Source of the DNA: Spartobacteria bacterium | GTDB taxonomy: Bacteria > Verrucomicrobiota > Verrucomicrobiia > Chthoniobacterales > UBA6821 | DNA length: 64,000 bases | Assembly (NCBI GenBank): GCA_947482345.1 | Contig: CANKJN010000002.1 | Location: 2,122-66,121 of the forward strand | Reading direction: 5' to 3' | Shown here: in pieces, positions 33,129 to 43,434 of the stretch | Position numbering within the stretch: the stretch's first letter is position 1 | How the letters are laid out: each line of letters opens with the position of its first letter | The notes under the pieces: generated by a model | What the model was told of the DNA's origin: nothing | The model's database searches: none | What the model saw: only the letters and a program-made list of their open reading frames with translations | Translations under genes and position numbers: made by a program

Positions 33129-35693
33129 TTAGCCTGCAACGACGATGTTCACAAGACGGCCGGGAACGACAATCACTTTCTTCACCTCCTTGCCCTCAAG
33201 ATGAGGGGCCAGGGCGGGATCGGCGAAGGCGGCCTTCTCCACGCTTTCCTTGTCGGAGGATGCCGGCGCGGTGAGGTGTCCACGAACCTTTCCATTGATC
33301 TGGACCGCATAGGAGATCTCATCGACGACGAGATATTCCTCGTTCCAAGCGGGCCACTTGGCCTGCGAGGCAAGCCCCTCGAATCCCGGAAACTTTCTGC
33401 CGAGGTGCATCCATAGTTCCTCGACCAAGTGCGGGGCGAAGGGACTGAGTAGCGGCAGGAAGAGACGGAGCGCCTCCACGGGACGTGGCTTAGCCGAGGT
33501 GAACTCGTTCGTGAAGATCATCATCTGGGAGATCGCCGTGTTGAAACTGAGCGCCTCGATATCCTCGGTCACCTTCTTGATGGTAGCGTGCACCACCCTG
33601 CGCTGGGTATTGGTCAACTCCTGCTCCGCAAGGTCCCCGGAGAGGATCCAGTTCCCTTCCTGATCCTCGTTCATGGCCATGCGCCAGACGCGGGCCAGGA
33701 AGCGGTAGACCCCCTCCACGCCGGTCATGCTCCAAGGCTTTCCGTGCTCGAGCGGGCCCATGAACATCTCGTAGAGACGCAGGGAGTCGGCTCCGTACTC
33801 GGCAATCACGGAATCGGGATTGACCACGTTGCCGCGGCTCTTGGACATCTTCACCCCGTCATCCCCCAGGATGAGGCCTTGGTTCACCAGGCGCTGGAAC
33901 GGCTCGGGTGTGGTGAGATGGCCGAGATCGAAGAGAACCTTGTGCCAGAAGCGCGCATAGAGGAGGTGGAGCACGGCGTGTTCGGTGCCCCCGACATAGA
34001 GATCCACCCCGCCCGGTTTCCCCGCATCACCCATCCAGTATTGCTCGGCCTCCTTGCCGATGAAGCGCCCGCTGTTCTTCGGGTCGCAGAAGCGCAGGTA
34101 GTACCAGCAGGATCCGGCCCATTGCGGCATCGTGTTGAGCTCGCGCCTGGCTGTCTCGGAATAGCGAACCCACTCGGTCGCCTTGGAGAGGGGAGGCTCG
34201 GCCGTGCCGGTCGGCTTGAAGTCCTCCATTGCGGGAGGCTCCACCGGGAGCTCGTTTTCCGGGAGGGGGCGGTGGGCGCCGTTCTCCCAGACGATGGGGA
34301 AGGGTTCTCCCCAGTAACGCTGGCGCGAGAAGAGCCAGTCGCGGAGTTTGTAGGTGATGGTGCCGCGGCCGACGCCTTTCTCCTCAAGCCAGGCGATCAT
34401 CTTGTGCTTCGCCTCGGGCGTGCGGAGTCCTTCGATGGCGGGGGAGTTGATTGCGGTGCCCTCTCCCGGGAAGCAGCCCTGATCCTTTTCGCTTTGGGGT
34501 TCATCGGGACTGACGACCTCGCGGATCGGCAGGTTGAAGGCCGTAGCGAACTCATGGTCCCGCTCATCGTGGGCGGGAACCGCCATGATGGCCCCGGTAC
34601 CATATCCGGTCAGGACATAGTCGGCGATCCAGACCGGGATCCTCTCGCCGTTGACCGGATTGATCGCGGAGATGCCGAGCGGCACGCCGCTCTTTGTCTT
34701 TGCCAGATCGGTCCGCTCGAGATCGCTCTTGGAGTTGCACTCTTTCCTGTAGGCCTCGACCGCTTCGCGCCGGGTGGCCGCGGTGATCTTTTCCACAAGC
34801 TCATGCTCGGGTGCCAGCACCAGGTAGGTGGCGCCGAAGAGAGTGTCGGGTCGGGTGGTGAAGACCGTGACGGTCTCCTCGAATCCTTCGAGGCCGAAGT
34901 GCACCTCGGCCCCCTCGCTGCGGCCAATCCAGTTACGCTGGAGGAGCTTGATCGAGTCGGGCCAGTCCAGACCGTCGAGATCGGCGATCAGACGCTCCGT
35001 GTAGGCGGTGATGCGAAGCATCCACTGGCGCATCGGTCGGCGCTCCACGGAGAAGCCTCCCACCTCGCTCTTGCCGTCGACGACCTCCTCGTTGGCCAGC
35101 ACGGTTCCCAGTCCGGGGCACCAGTTCACCGGCACCTCCGAAACAAAGGCGAGCCTGACGCTGTCGGGGTCGTTTCCCTTGTAGGTGGCGATCGGTTCCG
35201 CCTTGTTGGTCGCCGGATTCACCCAGGCGCCGTAGAGTTGGAGGAAGATCCACTGGGTCCAGCGGAAGTAGTCGGGATCGGTCGTGCTGATCTCGCGCGA
35301 CCAGTCGTAGCTGAATCCGATCGACTGGAGCTGGGTGCGGAAGTTGTCGATATTCCGCTGGGTGGTGACGCGCGGATGCTGGCCGGTCTTGATCGCGTAC
35401 TGCTCGGCCGGCAGGCCGAAGGCGTCCCATCCCATCGGGTGGAGGACATTATCCCCCTTAAGCCGGTGATAACGGGCCAGGATGTCCGTGGCTGTGTATC
35501 CCTCGACATGGCCGACATGGAGTCCGTCGCCGCTCGGGTAGGGGAACATGTCGAGCACGTAGAACTTTTTCGCCTTGGGGTCGAACCCGGGGTCGCCGGG
35601 ATTGGCGGCGCGGAAGGCATTCGTCTCGAGCCAATGCTTCTGCCAGCGGGGCTCGAATTCAGGAAAAGGATAGTGCTTGCGGGTAAGGGACAT
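33129..35693 (-). CDS. leuS: Leucyl-tRNA synthetase
   Basis: 854 aa with the HIGH motif ([16 protein letters not shown]), KMSKS (VKMSKSRGN) and a CP1 editing domain. Confidence 0.95.
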   Translation of the reverse strand: MSLTRKHYPFPEFEPRWQKHWLETNAFRAANPGDPGFDPKAKKFYVLDMFPYPSGDGLHVGHVEGYTATDILARYHRLKGDNVLHPMGWDAFGLPAEQYAIKTGQHPRVTTQRNIDNFRTQLQSIGFSYDWSREISTTDPDYFRWTQWIFLQLYGAWVNPATNKAEPIATYKGNDPDSVRLAFVSEVPVNWCPGLGTVLANEEVVDGKSEVGGFSVERRPMRQWMLRITAYTERLIADLDGLDWPDSIKLLQRNWIGRSEGAEVHFGLEGFEETVTVFTTRPDTLFGATYLVLAPEHELVEKITAATRREAVEAYRKECNSKSDLERTDLAKTKSGVPLGISAINPVNGERIPVWIADYVLTGYGTGAIMAVPAHDERDHEFATAFNLPIREVVSPDEPQSEKDQGCFPGEGTAINSPAIEGLRTPEAKHKMIAWLEEKGVGRGTITYKLRDWLFSRQRYWGEPFPIVWENGAHRPLPENELPVEPPAMEDFKPTGTAEPPLSKATEWVRYSETARRELNTMPQWAGSCWYYLRFCDPKNSGRFIGKEAEQYWMGDAGKPGGVDLYVGGTEHAVLHLLYARFWHKVLFDLGHLTTPEPFQRLVNQGLILGDDGVKMSKSRGNVVNPDSVIAEYGADSLRLYEMFMGPLEHGKPWSMTGVEGVYRFLARVWRMAMNEDQEGNWILSGDLAEQELTNTQRRVVHATIKKVTEDIEALSFNTAISQMMIFTNEFTSAKPRPVEALRLFLPLLSPFAPHLVEELWMHLGRKFPGFEGLASQAKWPAWNEEYLVVDEISYAVQINGKVRGHLTAPASSDKESVEKAAFADPALAPHLEGKEVKKVIVVPGRLVNIVVAG

Positions 35694-35717
35694 CTCGTTC
35701 GAACTGGTAAGTTGTCC

Positions 35718-36341
35718 ATGGAAACCGAAAACACCGCTCCCGCCAAGCTCCCTAAGCTTCTGCTAGCCACCCGCAACAGGCACAAGACCCGCGAAATCCA
35801 GACCATGCTGGGGGAGGGGGTGCTTGTCACTGATGCCACCGAGGCGGGGAATCTGCCAGAGATCGAGGAGACGGGAACCACTTTCGAGGAGAATTCCAAG
35901 CTCAAGGCCGAGGGGATTTCCCTTCATGTGAGGGGCATTGTTCTGGCTGATGACTCCGGACTAGAAGTCGATGCACTTGGCAAGCAGCCGGGGGTCTATT
36001 CTGCTCGGTATGCGGGTCCCGGATGCATCGACGAGGCCAACACCTCACTGGTCCTTGAGAGGATGTCGGGAGTGCCCCATGAGCAGCGCACGGCACGCTT
36101 CCGTTGTGTCCTGGCTGTCGCCGAGAACGGTGTCACCATGGCGGTCTTTGATGGAACCGTGGAGGGGATTCTTGCCACCGAGGTGAGGGGTGAGGGGGGC
36201 TTCGGCTACGACCCGATCTTCATGCCCTTGGGATACGCCGAGACATTCGGAGAGCTCTCCAGCGAGGTGAAGCACACCATGAGCCACCGCAGTCGTGCCC
36301 TCGTACAGTTCAAGGAGTGGTGGGCGGCGAGGAAAAGCTGA
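35718..36341 (+). CDS. rdgB: RdgB/HAM1 non-canonical purine NTP pyrophosphatase
   Basis: It contains [14 protein letters not shown]...[14 protein letters not shown]...[11 protein letters not shown]...PGVYSARY...GFGYDPIF...MSHRSRA. It is the 3' part of the long track ORF 33588..36341. Confidence 0.85.
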   Translation: METENTAPAKLPKLLLATRNRHKTREIQTMLGEGVLVTDATEAGNLPEIEETGTTFEENSKLKAEGISLHVRGIVLADDSGLEVDALGKQPGVYSARYAGPGCIDEANTSLVLERMSGVPHEQRTARFRCVLAVAENGVTMAVFDGTVEGILATEVRGEGGFGYDPIFMPLGYAETFGELSSEVKHTMSHRSRALVQFKEWWAARKS

Positions 36342-36865
36342 GGCGAAAGGCGAAAGGCGAAAACCTGAAACTTGAAGGCGGAAGGTTCCGATCGGGAGGA
36401 TTCCCTTTCATCCCTCATCCTTCATAATTCATCCTTTGACTGAAGGGCTGTTGGGCTGTTGGGCGGGCGGATGAAGGCACTAGGTGTTTAGACTCTAGGC
36501 GTATAGGGGAATCCAACGAGCAGAGTTGAAGTTGAATGACCGGCCACTGATTGTTGAAGAATCAAGGGATTTGTTCCCAGATATCTCTTTCACCTTCGGA
36601 GTTCGGGTTGAAGGGATTTGGTGGGTGGCCAAAGGTCTGTGAACAAGTTGGGAAAAAACTCAGGGGAATTTTTTGAAGTTAGGATTCGATCCGTGCAAAA
36701 AAAGGGCGGATTTACTGCACAAATATCAACTGCGGCAGAATTTTTTAGGAAGCGTTTTTCAAGATTTGCAGGTCAATTTCTCCCGCATGAAATCCAGACC
36801 GAGGTCGGGTGAGAGAAAAAAACACGAAACTTTCTCCTTTTTGGTGTTGACCCTTTTTTAGTTTG

Positions 36866-36900
36866 GTGGGAAAAAGTGGGGCGTAGTGGAGAAAAGTGGC
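36866..36900 (+). promoter_or_regulatory. Putative MraZ operator: four direct GTGG(G/G/A/C) boxes with exact 10-nt phasing
   Basis: GTGGGaaaaaGTGGGgcgtaGTGGAgaaaaGTGGC, with boxes at 36866, 36876, 36886 and 36896, ends 23 nt upstream of the mraZ ATG. Confidence 0.55.
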
Positions 36901-36922
36901 TTTTCTTCCCACTGCTTGAACC

Positions 36923-37375
36923 ATGTCCAAAACCACCCAGAAACCGATCAGCTACGCCGGGACTTTCGAGAGGTCCATGGATGCGAAGAATCGTGTCACG
37001 ATTCCGGCTGCGTGGTTGAACGGCGGGCCGGACGAGTTCCACGCCATCCCCCATCCCTCGGGTGATTTCCTCATGGTGATGCCGCCCGAGGAGTTTGACT
37101 CGATCGAGACGAGCATCAAGCAGAGCGGCATTCCCTCCGACATGCAGCGCAAGGCGATCCGTCAATTCTACTGCCAGGCCAGGGCGGTCGGCGCCGACAG
37201 CAACGGGCGCGTGCTTCTCCCCGAGGAGCAGTGCGGGGCCCTCAAGCTCGAGGGGGATGTCGTCCTGGTGGGCGGACGCAGCCGTTTCGAGATCTGGAAT
37301 GCCAAGCGCTGGGCCGCGGTCAGCGCCGCCGAGTCGGATTCCTACCGCAAGGTCGCCGACATGATCGGTCTCTAA
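36923..37375 (+). CDS. mraZ: Transcriptional regulator MraZ
   Basis: Two SpoVT/AbrB-like repeats each carry the DxxxR motif (MDAKNRVTIPA; DSNGRVLLPE). It is the first gene of the dcw cluster. Confidence 0.9.
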   Translation: MSKTTQKPISYAGTFERSMDAKNRVTIPAAWLNGGPDEFHAIPHPSGDFLMVMPPEEFDSIETSIKQSGIPSDMQRKAIRQFYCQARAVGADSNGRVLLPEEQCGALKLEGDVVLVGGRSRFEIWNAKRWAAVSAAESDSYRKVADMIGL

Positions 37376-37483
37376 CGATGCCGTGACGCGATGACACGCC
37401 TTCAACTCAACCGCCGACGCAACAGATTCCTCCGGGCCCATCACGACCTAGGCACCCCGACATTCCCTTCCTTCCCGATTTCC

Positions 37484-38434
37484 ATGAGCACCTCCTTCCG
37501 CCACGAGTCAGTCCTGGCCGCGGAGGTCGTCGAATTCCTGCGCCCCGCTCCCGGCCGTACCATCATCGATGGGACCCTGGGGGGGGGAGGCCACAGCGGC
37601 TTGCTGCTGAAGGGCGGGGCGCGGGTTATCGCTTTCGACCGTGATCCCGAGGCGCTCGCCTATGCGCGTGCCCTGCTGGCCCCGCACGGGGAATCGTTCG
37701 TGGCCCTCGAGGGGAATTACGCGGAGGCACCGGCGGCCCTTGCCGCGATGGGCATTTCCCGGGTTGACGGGATCCTGCTCGATCTCGGCGTTTCCTCGCA
37801 TCAACTCGACACCGCGGAGCGCGGGTTTTCCTTTCAGCGTGAGGGACCACTCGATATGAGGATGGGAAGGAGCGGTGCCACGGCGGCGGATCTGGTCAAC
37901 ACGCTTCCGGCTGCGGAGCTGGCCCGGATCTTCCGTGAATACGGGGATGAACCACGCGCCATCCACTTCGCCGCCCGCATTGTCCGCGCCCGCGAGAAGA
38001 AGCCTTTCGACACCACCGCGGAGTTGGCCGGGCTCATTGCCGCCGGCCGCAGCGGACCGCGTCATCCCGCCACCAGGGTCTTCCAGGCCCTGCGGATAGC
38101 GGTCAATGACGAGATCGGCTCGCTCGAGCGGGCGCTACCCGCCTTTGCCTCGCTGCTCGCTCCCGGCGGGCGCCTGGCCGTGATCACTTTCCATTCCCTT
38201 GAGGACCGGATCGTGAAGCATTTCTTCCGCCGCCATTCGGTGGCCGAAGTCGACGATCCGACCTGGCCGGCGCCGCGCCCGAATCCCGATCGACTCTTCG
38301 ATGCCGTGACACCCCGTTCGGTCACGGCTTCTCCCGCCGAGTTGGCGTCCAATCCCCGCTCCCGCAGCGCCCGTCTCCGGGTCGTGGAGCGCCGTTGCGA
38401 GCTCCCTGATACCGCGGAAGGAGGTGCGCGATGA
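37484..38434 (+). CDS. rsmH: 16S rRNA (cytosine1402-N4)-methyltransferase RsmH
   Basis: It contains HESVLAAEV...DGTLGGGGHS...LLDLGVSSHQLD...RGFSF...TFHSLEDRIVK. ATG 37484 within track ORF 37391..38434. Confidence 0.9.
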   Translation: MSTSFRHESVLAAEVVEFLRPAPGRTIIDGTLGGGGHSGLLLKGGARVIAFDRDPEALAYARALLAPHGESFVALEGNYAEAPAALAAMGISRVDGILLDLGVSSHQLDTAERGFSFQREGPLDMRMGRSGATAADLVNTLPAAELARIFREYGDEPRAIHFAARIVRAREKKPFDTTAELAGLIAAGRSGPRHPATRVFQALRIAVNDEIGSLERALPAFASLLAPGGRLAVITFHSLEDRIVKHFFRRHSVAEVDDPTWPAPRPNPDRLFDAVTPRSVTASPAELASNPRSRSARLRVVERRCELPDTAEGGAR

Positions 38435-38835
38435 AGGGGAACCGCCGCCGCGCCACCAATGCGATCGAGGTCGATTTCCTCGCTCGCCTCATCATGCTCG
38501 TCTGCTTTCTCGGACTGGCCGGACTCTTTTTCGTCTACCTGAAAAACCAACAGCACGCCGTCGGCAACCAGTCCCGGAATCTGGAGGCTGAAATCCGCGA
38601 GACGGAGGCCAAGACCGCGGCGCTCCAGGCCAGGATCACGGCGATGACATCGCGGGGCGCGTTGCAACGCCGTCTCGACGAGGGGTATATCCGCTTGGAG
38701 GCGATCCGTGACACGGCGATCGCCCGTGTGACGCCTCCGGCCACTGCGGAAGCTGACGGGGTACTACGCACGGCCTCGCGTGATTCGGACACAAGGTTCG
38801 GACCCGGGGTTCCCCAGCGCGTTCTGAAACGGTGA
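38431..38835 (+). CDS. ftsL: FtsL-like cell division protein
   Basis: A single TM helix (LIMLVCFLGLAGLFFVYL) is followed by a coiled coil. It sits between rsmH and ftsI with ATGA/GTGA coupling. Confidence 0.55.
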   Translation: MKGNRRRATNAIEVDFLARLIMLVCFLGLAGLFFVYLKNQQHAVGNQSRNLEAEIRETEAKTAALQARITAMTSRGALQRRLDEGYIRLEAIRDTAIARVTPPATAEADGVLRTASRDSDTRFGPGVPQRVLKR

Positions 38836-40559
38836 ATGGGGTCTCCCTCCGCATTTTTCTGGTCTGCATCCTGCTGGTCCTGATCTTCACGGGATTCGCC
38901 TGGAGGTTGATCAATCTCCAGGTGCTTCAGCACGATCATTTCTCGGAAATAGCGGCTGAGAAGCATTCCATCCGGAAAGTCATCACGGCACGTCGAGGAA
39001 GGATCCTGGACCGCAACGGCGAGGAACTTGCCGTGAACATCCCAGTCCGCACGGTGACCGCGGACGGCACGCACATCAAGGATCCGAAGGCCCTTGCCAA
39101 GGTTGCCGCCCCCTTCCTCGGGATGTCGGAAAATGAGCTTGAGGAGAAATTCTCCACGAAGGATCCCTATGTCGTCATCCGCAAGGAGGTCAGCGAGGAG
39201 AAGGCTCAGGACATGATTCGGGCGATGGAACAGGCGAAGCTTCGCGGGGTCTATCTCGAGGAGGGATCCATCCGCAGCTATCCCAACGGCGAGATGCTCT
39301 GCCACATCCTTGGATTTTCGGACCGCTCGGGGAAAGGGATCGACGGGATCGAGAAGGTGTTCGATACCGAACTGGCGGGTCACGAGGGCTTCCGTCTCAT
39401 CGAGCATGACCGCAAGGGGCGCGAGATCGTCGTCTACCGGGGACAGGAGCAGCTTCCCGAGCACGGATCCGACATCCGACTGACAATTGACATGGGGTTG
39501 CAGGCGATCGTCGAGCATGAGATCGACGTGGCCTACAAGGAACTCCGTCCCGTCTCTGCGACGGCGATCCTGGCGGATCCGGCGACCGGCGAGATCCTCG
39601 CGATGGCCTGCAGGCCGAATTTCGACCCGAACAAGTTCAACGAGGCCAAGCCCGAGCAGATGCGCAACCGTGCGATCACCGACATGTACGAGCCGGGATC
39701 CACCTTCAAGATCGTGGTGGCGGCGGCGGCCCTGAACGAGAAGATCGTTGATGAAAAGAGCCGCATCTACTGTGAGAACGGGCTCTTCCAGTACGGAGGG
39801 AAGACGATCAAGGACCACCACAAGGCCGGGGACATGAGCGTGGCCGAGATCCTCCAGTATTCCTCCAACATCGGCTCCGCCAAGATGTCGCTCCGGATGA
39901 AGGATGCCGATTACTACGGGTATGTCCGCCGATTCGGGTTCGGCGAAAAGACCGGGATCCCGCTGCACGGGGAGATCACGGGGCTTGTGCAACCGCCGCA
40001 CCGCTGGGACATGCTCACCAAGACACGCATGGCCTACGGCCAGTCGGTCGCCGTGACGCCGATCCAGATGGTCATGGGAATGTCGGTGATCGCCAACGGC
40101 GGAAAACTCATGAAACCCCGCCTCGTGCTGAGCAAGGGGGAGGGGAGCGCGGTCCGGGAAACAGAGCCGGTCCGAGAGGTTGTTTCCGGGAAGACCTCCG
40201 AATTCGTCAGCAGCGCGCTGGAAAAGGTAGTCAGCCAGCAGGGAACCGCGCCGCTTGCGCGCGTTGAAGGTTTCACCGTGGCCGGAAAGACCGGCACCGC
40301 CCAGAAGATAAGCCCCCGGGGCGGTTATCTCGACGGACGCTTCATCGTTTCCTTTGCCGGATACATGCCTTTGGAGAATCCCCGCCTCATGGGACTGGTG
40401 ATCGTGGATGATGCCTCGATCGGGGCCTCGGCAAACTACGGCGGCCTGGTTGCCGCCCCCGTCTTCTCCAAGATCTGCGGAAGGGCTGCGCGTTATCTCG
40501 ACCTTTTGAGCTCGGGTACGAGCGTCGCCCAGTCAGCCATCTCCCCGGAAAAGCCATGA
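38832..40559 (+). CDS. ftsI: Penicillin-binding protein FtsI (class B transpeptidase)
   Basis: N-terminal TM helix, a PBP dimerisation domain, and the motifs STFK (YEPGSTFKIV), SSN (YSSNIG) and KTG (AGKTGTAQ). Confidence 0.85.
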   Translation: MNGVSLRIFLVCILLVLIFTGFAWRLINLQVLQHDHFSEIAAEKHSIRKVITARRGRILDRNGEELAVNIPVRTVTADGTHIKDPKALAKVAAPFLGMSENELEEKFSTKDPYVVIRKEVSEEKAQDMIRAMEQAKLRGVYLEEGSIRSYPNGEMLCHILGFSDRSGKGIDGIEKVFDTELAGHEGFRLIEHDRKGREIVVYRGQEQLPEHGSDIRLTIDMGLQAIVEHEIDVAYKELRPVSATAILADPATGEILAMACRPNFDPNKFNEAKPEQMRNRAITDMYEPGSTFKIVVAAAALNEKIVDEKSRIYCENGLFQYGGKTIKDHHKAGDMSVAEILQYSSNIGSAKMSLRMKDADYYGYVRRFGFGEKTGIPLHGEITGLVQPPHRWDMLTKTRMAYGQSVAVTPIQMVMGMSVIANGGKLMKPRLVLSKGEGSAVRETEPVREVVSGKTSEFVSSALEKVVSQQGTAPLARVEGFTVAGKTGTAQKISPRGGYLDGRFIVSFAGYMPLENPRLMGLVIVDDASIGASANYGGLVAAPVFSKICGRAARYLDLLSSGTSVAQSAISPEKP

Positions 40560-42064
40560 AGAACGCCATCGATATTTCCGGACACTCCTTCGACTCCCTG
40601 ATCCGGAATACGGAGGTCGTTTCCGTGAGCGGAAAGCCGGCCGGTACCGTCACGGGCATCTCGTGCGATTCGCGCTTCGTACAACCGGGGGAGCTTTTCT
40701 TCGCGCTTCCCGGCACAAAGGAAAACGGAACACGGTTCACAGCAGAGGCGGAACGTCGCGGTGCCCTTGCCGTGTTCTCCGAGGAGGATGTCTCGGGCTC
40801 CGGACTGCCCGTGGTGAGGGTTGCCTCCGCACGGGCGGCCATGGCCGATCTGGCCGCCGCATTCCACGGGAATCCCTCCTCCTCGCTCGCCGTGGCAGGT
40901 GTCACCGGGACCAACGGGAAGACCACCACCGCCTGGATCATCCGACATCTCTGCGATGCGGCGGGCCGTGCCTGCGGGCTTGTGGGAACGATCGAGTATG
41001 TCCTCCCCGGAGTGGTCGAGCCCGCCTCGCGGACGACTCCTGAGTCGATCGACTTGCAGCGGATGCTGGCCGTGATGAGGGACGGCGGGTTCAAGGCGGC
41101 CTCTCTGGAGGTCTCAAGCCATGCCCTTGTGCAGAACCGGGTGAGGGTGGTCGAATTCGACGCCGCGATCTTCACCAACCTCACCCAGGATCATCTCGAC
41201 TATCACGGGACGATGGATGAGTACTTCGATGCGAAGGCGATCCTCTTCTCGATGCTGGCCGCGCAGACAGGGAAAAAGGGCCGGGCAATCGTGAATTCCG
41301 ACGACCGCTACGGGAGGCGTCTGCTCGACAGGATCGGTTCCTCGGTGCCCGTCATCACCTACGGACAGGGAAGCAACTGCGCATTCCGGGCAAGCAATAT
41401 ACAGCATGCGGCGACCGGAACGACTTTCCGGCTTGATGCAAAGGGGAGAAGTTATCTGGTCAGGACACCGCTCATCGGCCTGTTCAATGTCTACAATACG
41501 CTGGCAGCGTTGGCCGCCGTCTCCTCCATGGGGGTGGAGTTGCGGCGCGCGATCGCGGCGGCAGCGACGATCCCGCAGGTTCCCGGACGCCTCGAACGCG
41601 TTCCCGGAAAGAGGAACTTCCAGGCCTTCGTCGACTACGCGCACACGCCCGATGCCCTCGAAAACGTGCTCCGTTCACTCCGGCAACTCTCACCGGCAAG
41701 GATCATCACCGTTTTCGGTTGCGGCGGTGACCGCGATCATTCGAAGCGCCCACTCATGGCGGCCGCCGCGGAGCAGAACTCCGACAAGGTCATCGTCACC
41801 TCCGACAATCCTCGCAGCGAGGATCCGATGGCGATTCTCCGTGAAACGGAAAAAGGACTGCGCGGGTCGGGGCACGAGATCTACGTCGACCGCGAGAGCG
41901 CGATCAGGCGTGCCGTGGAACTGGCGGGTCCCGGGGATTTCATCCTCGTGGCGGGAAAAGGTCACGAGAACTACCAGGAGACCGCGACCGGAAGGCATCC
42001 CTTCGACGACGTGAAGGTCACCGCACGTGAGATGGCCCGCAAGGACCACCTTGAAATCCGCTGA
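40556..42064 (+). CDS. murE: UDP-N-acetylmuramoyl-L-alanyl-D-glutamate--2,6-diaminopimelate ligase
   Basis: Mur ligase P-loop GVTGTNGKTTT, with DYAHTPDAL and the DNPR motif (TSDNPRSEDP) typical of meso-DAP-adding MurE. Confidence 0.9.
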   Translation: MKNAIDISGHSFDSLIRNTEVVSVSGKPAGTVTGISCDSRFVQPGELFFALPGTKENGTRFTAEAERRGALAVFSEEDVSGSGLPVVRVASARAAMADLAAAFHGNPSSSLAVAGVTGTNGKTTTAWIIRHLCDAAGRACGLVGTIEYVLPGVVEPASRTTPESIDLQRMLAVMRDGGFKAASLEVSSHALVQNRVRVVEFDAAIFTNLTQDHLDYHGTMDEYFDAKAILFSMLAAQTGKKGRAIVNSDDRYGRRLLDRIGSSVPVITYGQGSNCAFRASNIQHAATGTTFRLDAKGRSYLVRTPLIGLFNVYNTLAALAAVSSMGVELRRAIAAAATIPQVPGRLERVPGKRNFQAFVDYAHTPDALENVLRSLRQLSPARIITVFGCGGDRDHSKRPLMAAAAEQNSDKVIVTSDNPRSEDPMAILRETEKGLRGSGHEIYVDRESAIRRAVELAGPGDFILVAGKGHENYQETATGRHPFDDVKVTAREMARKDHLEIR

Positions 42065-42065
42065 G

Positions 42066-43427
42066 ATGAATCCAATCACCCTTTCCAAGATCGCTGAAAT
42101 GAGCGGCGCCACGCTGATGGCGGGCGACCCCTCGGCCCAGGCTCTTCGCGTCTGCAAGGACACTCGCGAAATCCGCCCGGGGGATCTCTACGTGGCGCTT
42201 CGCGGCGGGAACTTCGACGGGAACGCCTTCCTTGCGGAGGCGGCGTCCAAAGGTGCGGCCGGGGCTCTCTGCGACGACGAGCCGCCGACGGGACTCCCCT
42301 CCTCCTTCGGAATCCTCACGACACCCGATGCCCTCGCGGGGATGACTCTTCTGGCGGCTGCCCGGCGTTCGCAACTCACGCTCCGCAGCGTGGTGGTGAC
42401 CGGCAGCAGCGGGAAAACCTCCGTGAAGGACATGACGGCCGCCGTCCTTCGCTCGATGCTCCGCGTCACGGCCACCAAGGGGAATCTCAACAACCACATC
42501 GGTCTTCCCCTCTCGATCCTTGATGCCGACCGGGAAGACCAGGCCGCGGTCTGGGAAATAGGCATGAATCACCGCGGGGAGATCTCCCCGCTGGCCGGAC
42601 TGGCGCGTCCCGACATCGGGATCATCACCGGCATCGGCACCGCCCACATCGAGCATCTAGGCAACCGCGAGGAGATTGCCCGCGAGAAGGGCGATCTGCT
42701 GGAAAAGGTGACGGCTTCCGGTTTCGGAATCATTCCCGCCCATGATGATTTCGCCGCAGAGTTGCGTGGGAGAACGGCCGGCCGTGTCCTGGCGGTCGGC
42801 ATCGGCGAGGGTGATCTGCGCGCGGTCGATCTCAAGCCAGGTCTGGAAGGAAGCCGGTTCGTCATCGAGGGGGAATTCGGGCGTACGGAGGCAAGCCTCC
42901 CCGTTCCGGGACGCCACATGGTCTGCAATGCCCTTCTGGCCGTCGCCGCCGGAGTGCTCTGCGGAATCCCCTTGGAACTCTGCGCCGCCGCGCTTGAAAG
43001 AACGGAGTTGACCGGAGGAAGGCTGACCCGTCTCTCGCGGAAGGGGGCGACGATCCTCGACGACACCTACAACGCCAATCCCGAGTCGATGGTCGCGGCT
43101 CTGGAGACTCTGGGCGCCGTGCCGGTCAACGGCAGGAAAATCGCCGTTCTCGGCAGGATGGGTGAACTTGGTCCCCATGCCGCGGCCGGATACGAGCGTG
43201 TGGGAAGGAAGGCCGCCGAGACCGTTCAAACGCTGATCTGTGTGGGAGAGGAGGCCTCCGCGATGGCCGAGGCCGCGAAGGCGGCGGGACACGACGATGC
43301 TCGGACTGTCGCCGATCATGCGGCGGCCGCGGAAATGCTCTCCGGGATGATCCAACCGGGTGATCTTGTCCTGCTAAAGGCGAGCCGGAGTGCGCGCCTG
43401 GAACAGATTCTCCAACAACTCGACTGA
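42066..43427 (+). CDS. murF: UDP-N-acetylmuramoyl-tripeptide--D-alanyl-D-alanine ligase
   Basis: It contains VTGSSGKTSVK, NNHIGLPL, GMNHRGEI and DDTYNANP. ATG 42066 within track ORF 42027..43427. Confidence 0.9.
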   Translation: MNPITLSKIAEMSGATLMAGDPSAQALRVCKDTREIRPGDLYVALRGGNFDGNAFLAEAASKGAAGALCDDEPPTGLPSSFGILTTPDALAGMTLLAAARRSQLTLRSVVVTGSSGKTSVKDMTAAVLRSMLRVTATKGNLNNHIGLPLSILDADREDQAAVWEIGMNHRGEISPLAGLARPDIGIITGIGTAHIEHLGNREEIAREKGDLLEKVTASGFGIIPAHDDFAAELRGRTAGRVLAVGIGEGDLRAVDLKPGLEGSRFVIEGEFGRTEASLPVPGRHMVCNALLAVAAGVLCGIPLELCAAALERTELTGGRLTRLSRKGATILDDTYNANPESMVAALETLGAVPVNGRKIAVLGRMGELGPHAAAGYERVGRKAAETVQTLICVGEEASAMAEAAKAAGHDDARTVADHAAAAEMLSGMIQPGDLVLLKASRSARLEQILQQLD

Positions 43428-43434
43428 ATTCCTC

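Noticed and set aside
33588-35717. Very long + strand ORF (917 aa in the track, 33588..36341) running antisense to leuS
   Set aside because: Only its last 624 nt (35718..36341) encode a recognisable protein (RdgB). The rest is a stop-free antisense frame typical of high-GC genes opposite the strongly supported leuS, and its translation is low-complexity (G/R/A/P/L-rich).
38535-40001. 488-aa minus-strand ORF
   Set aside because: It runs antisense to ftsL and ftsI, which carry SxxK/SxN/KTG motifs and sit in conserved dcw order.
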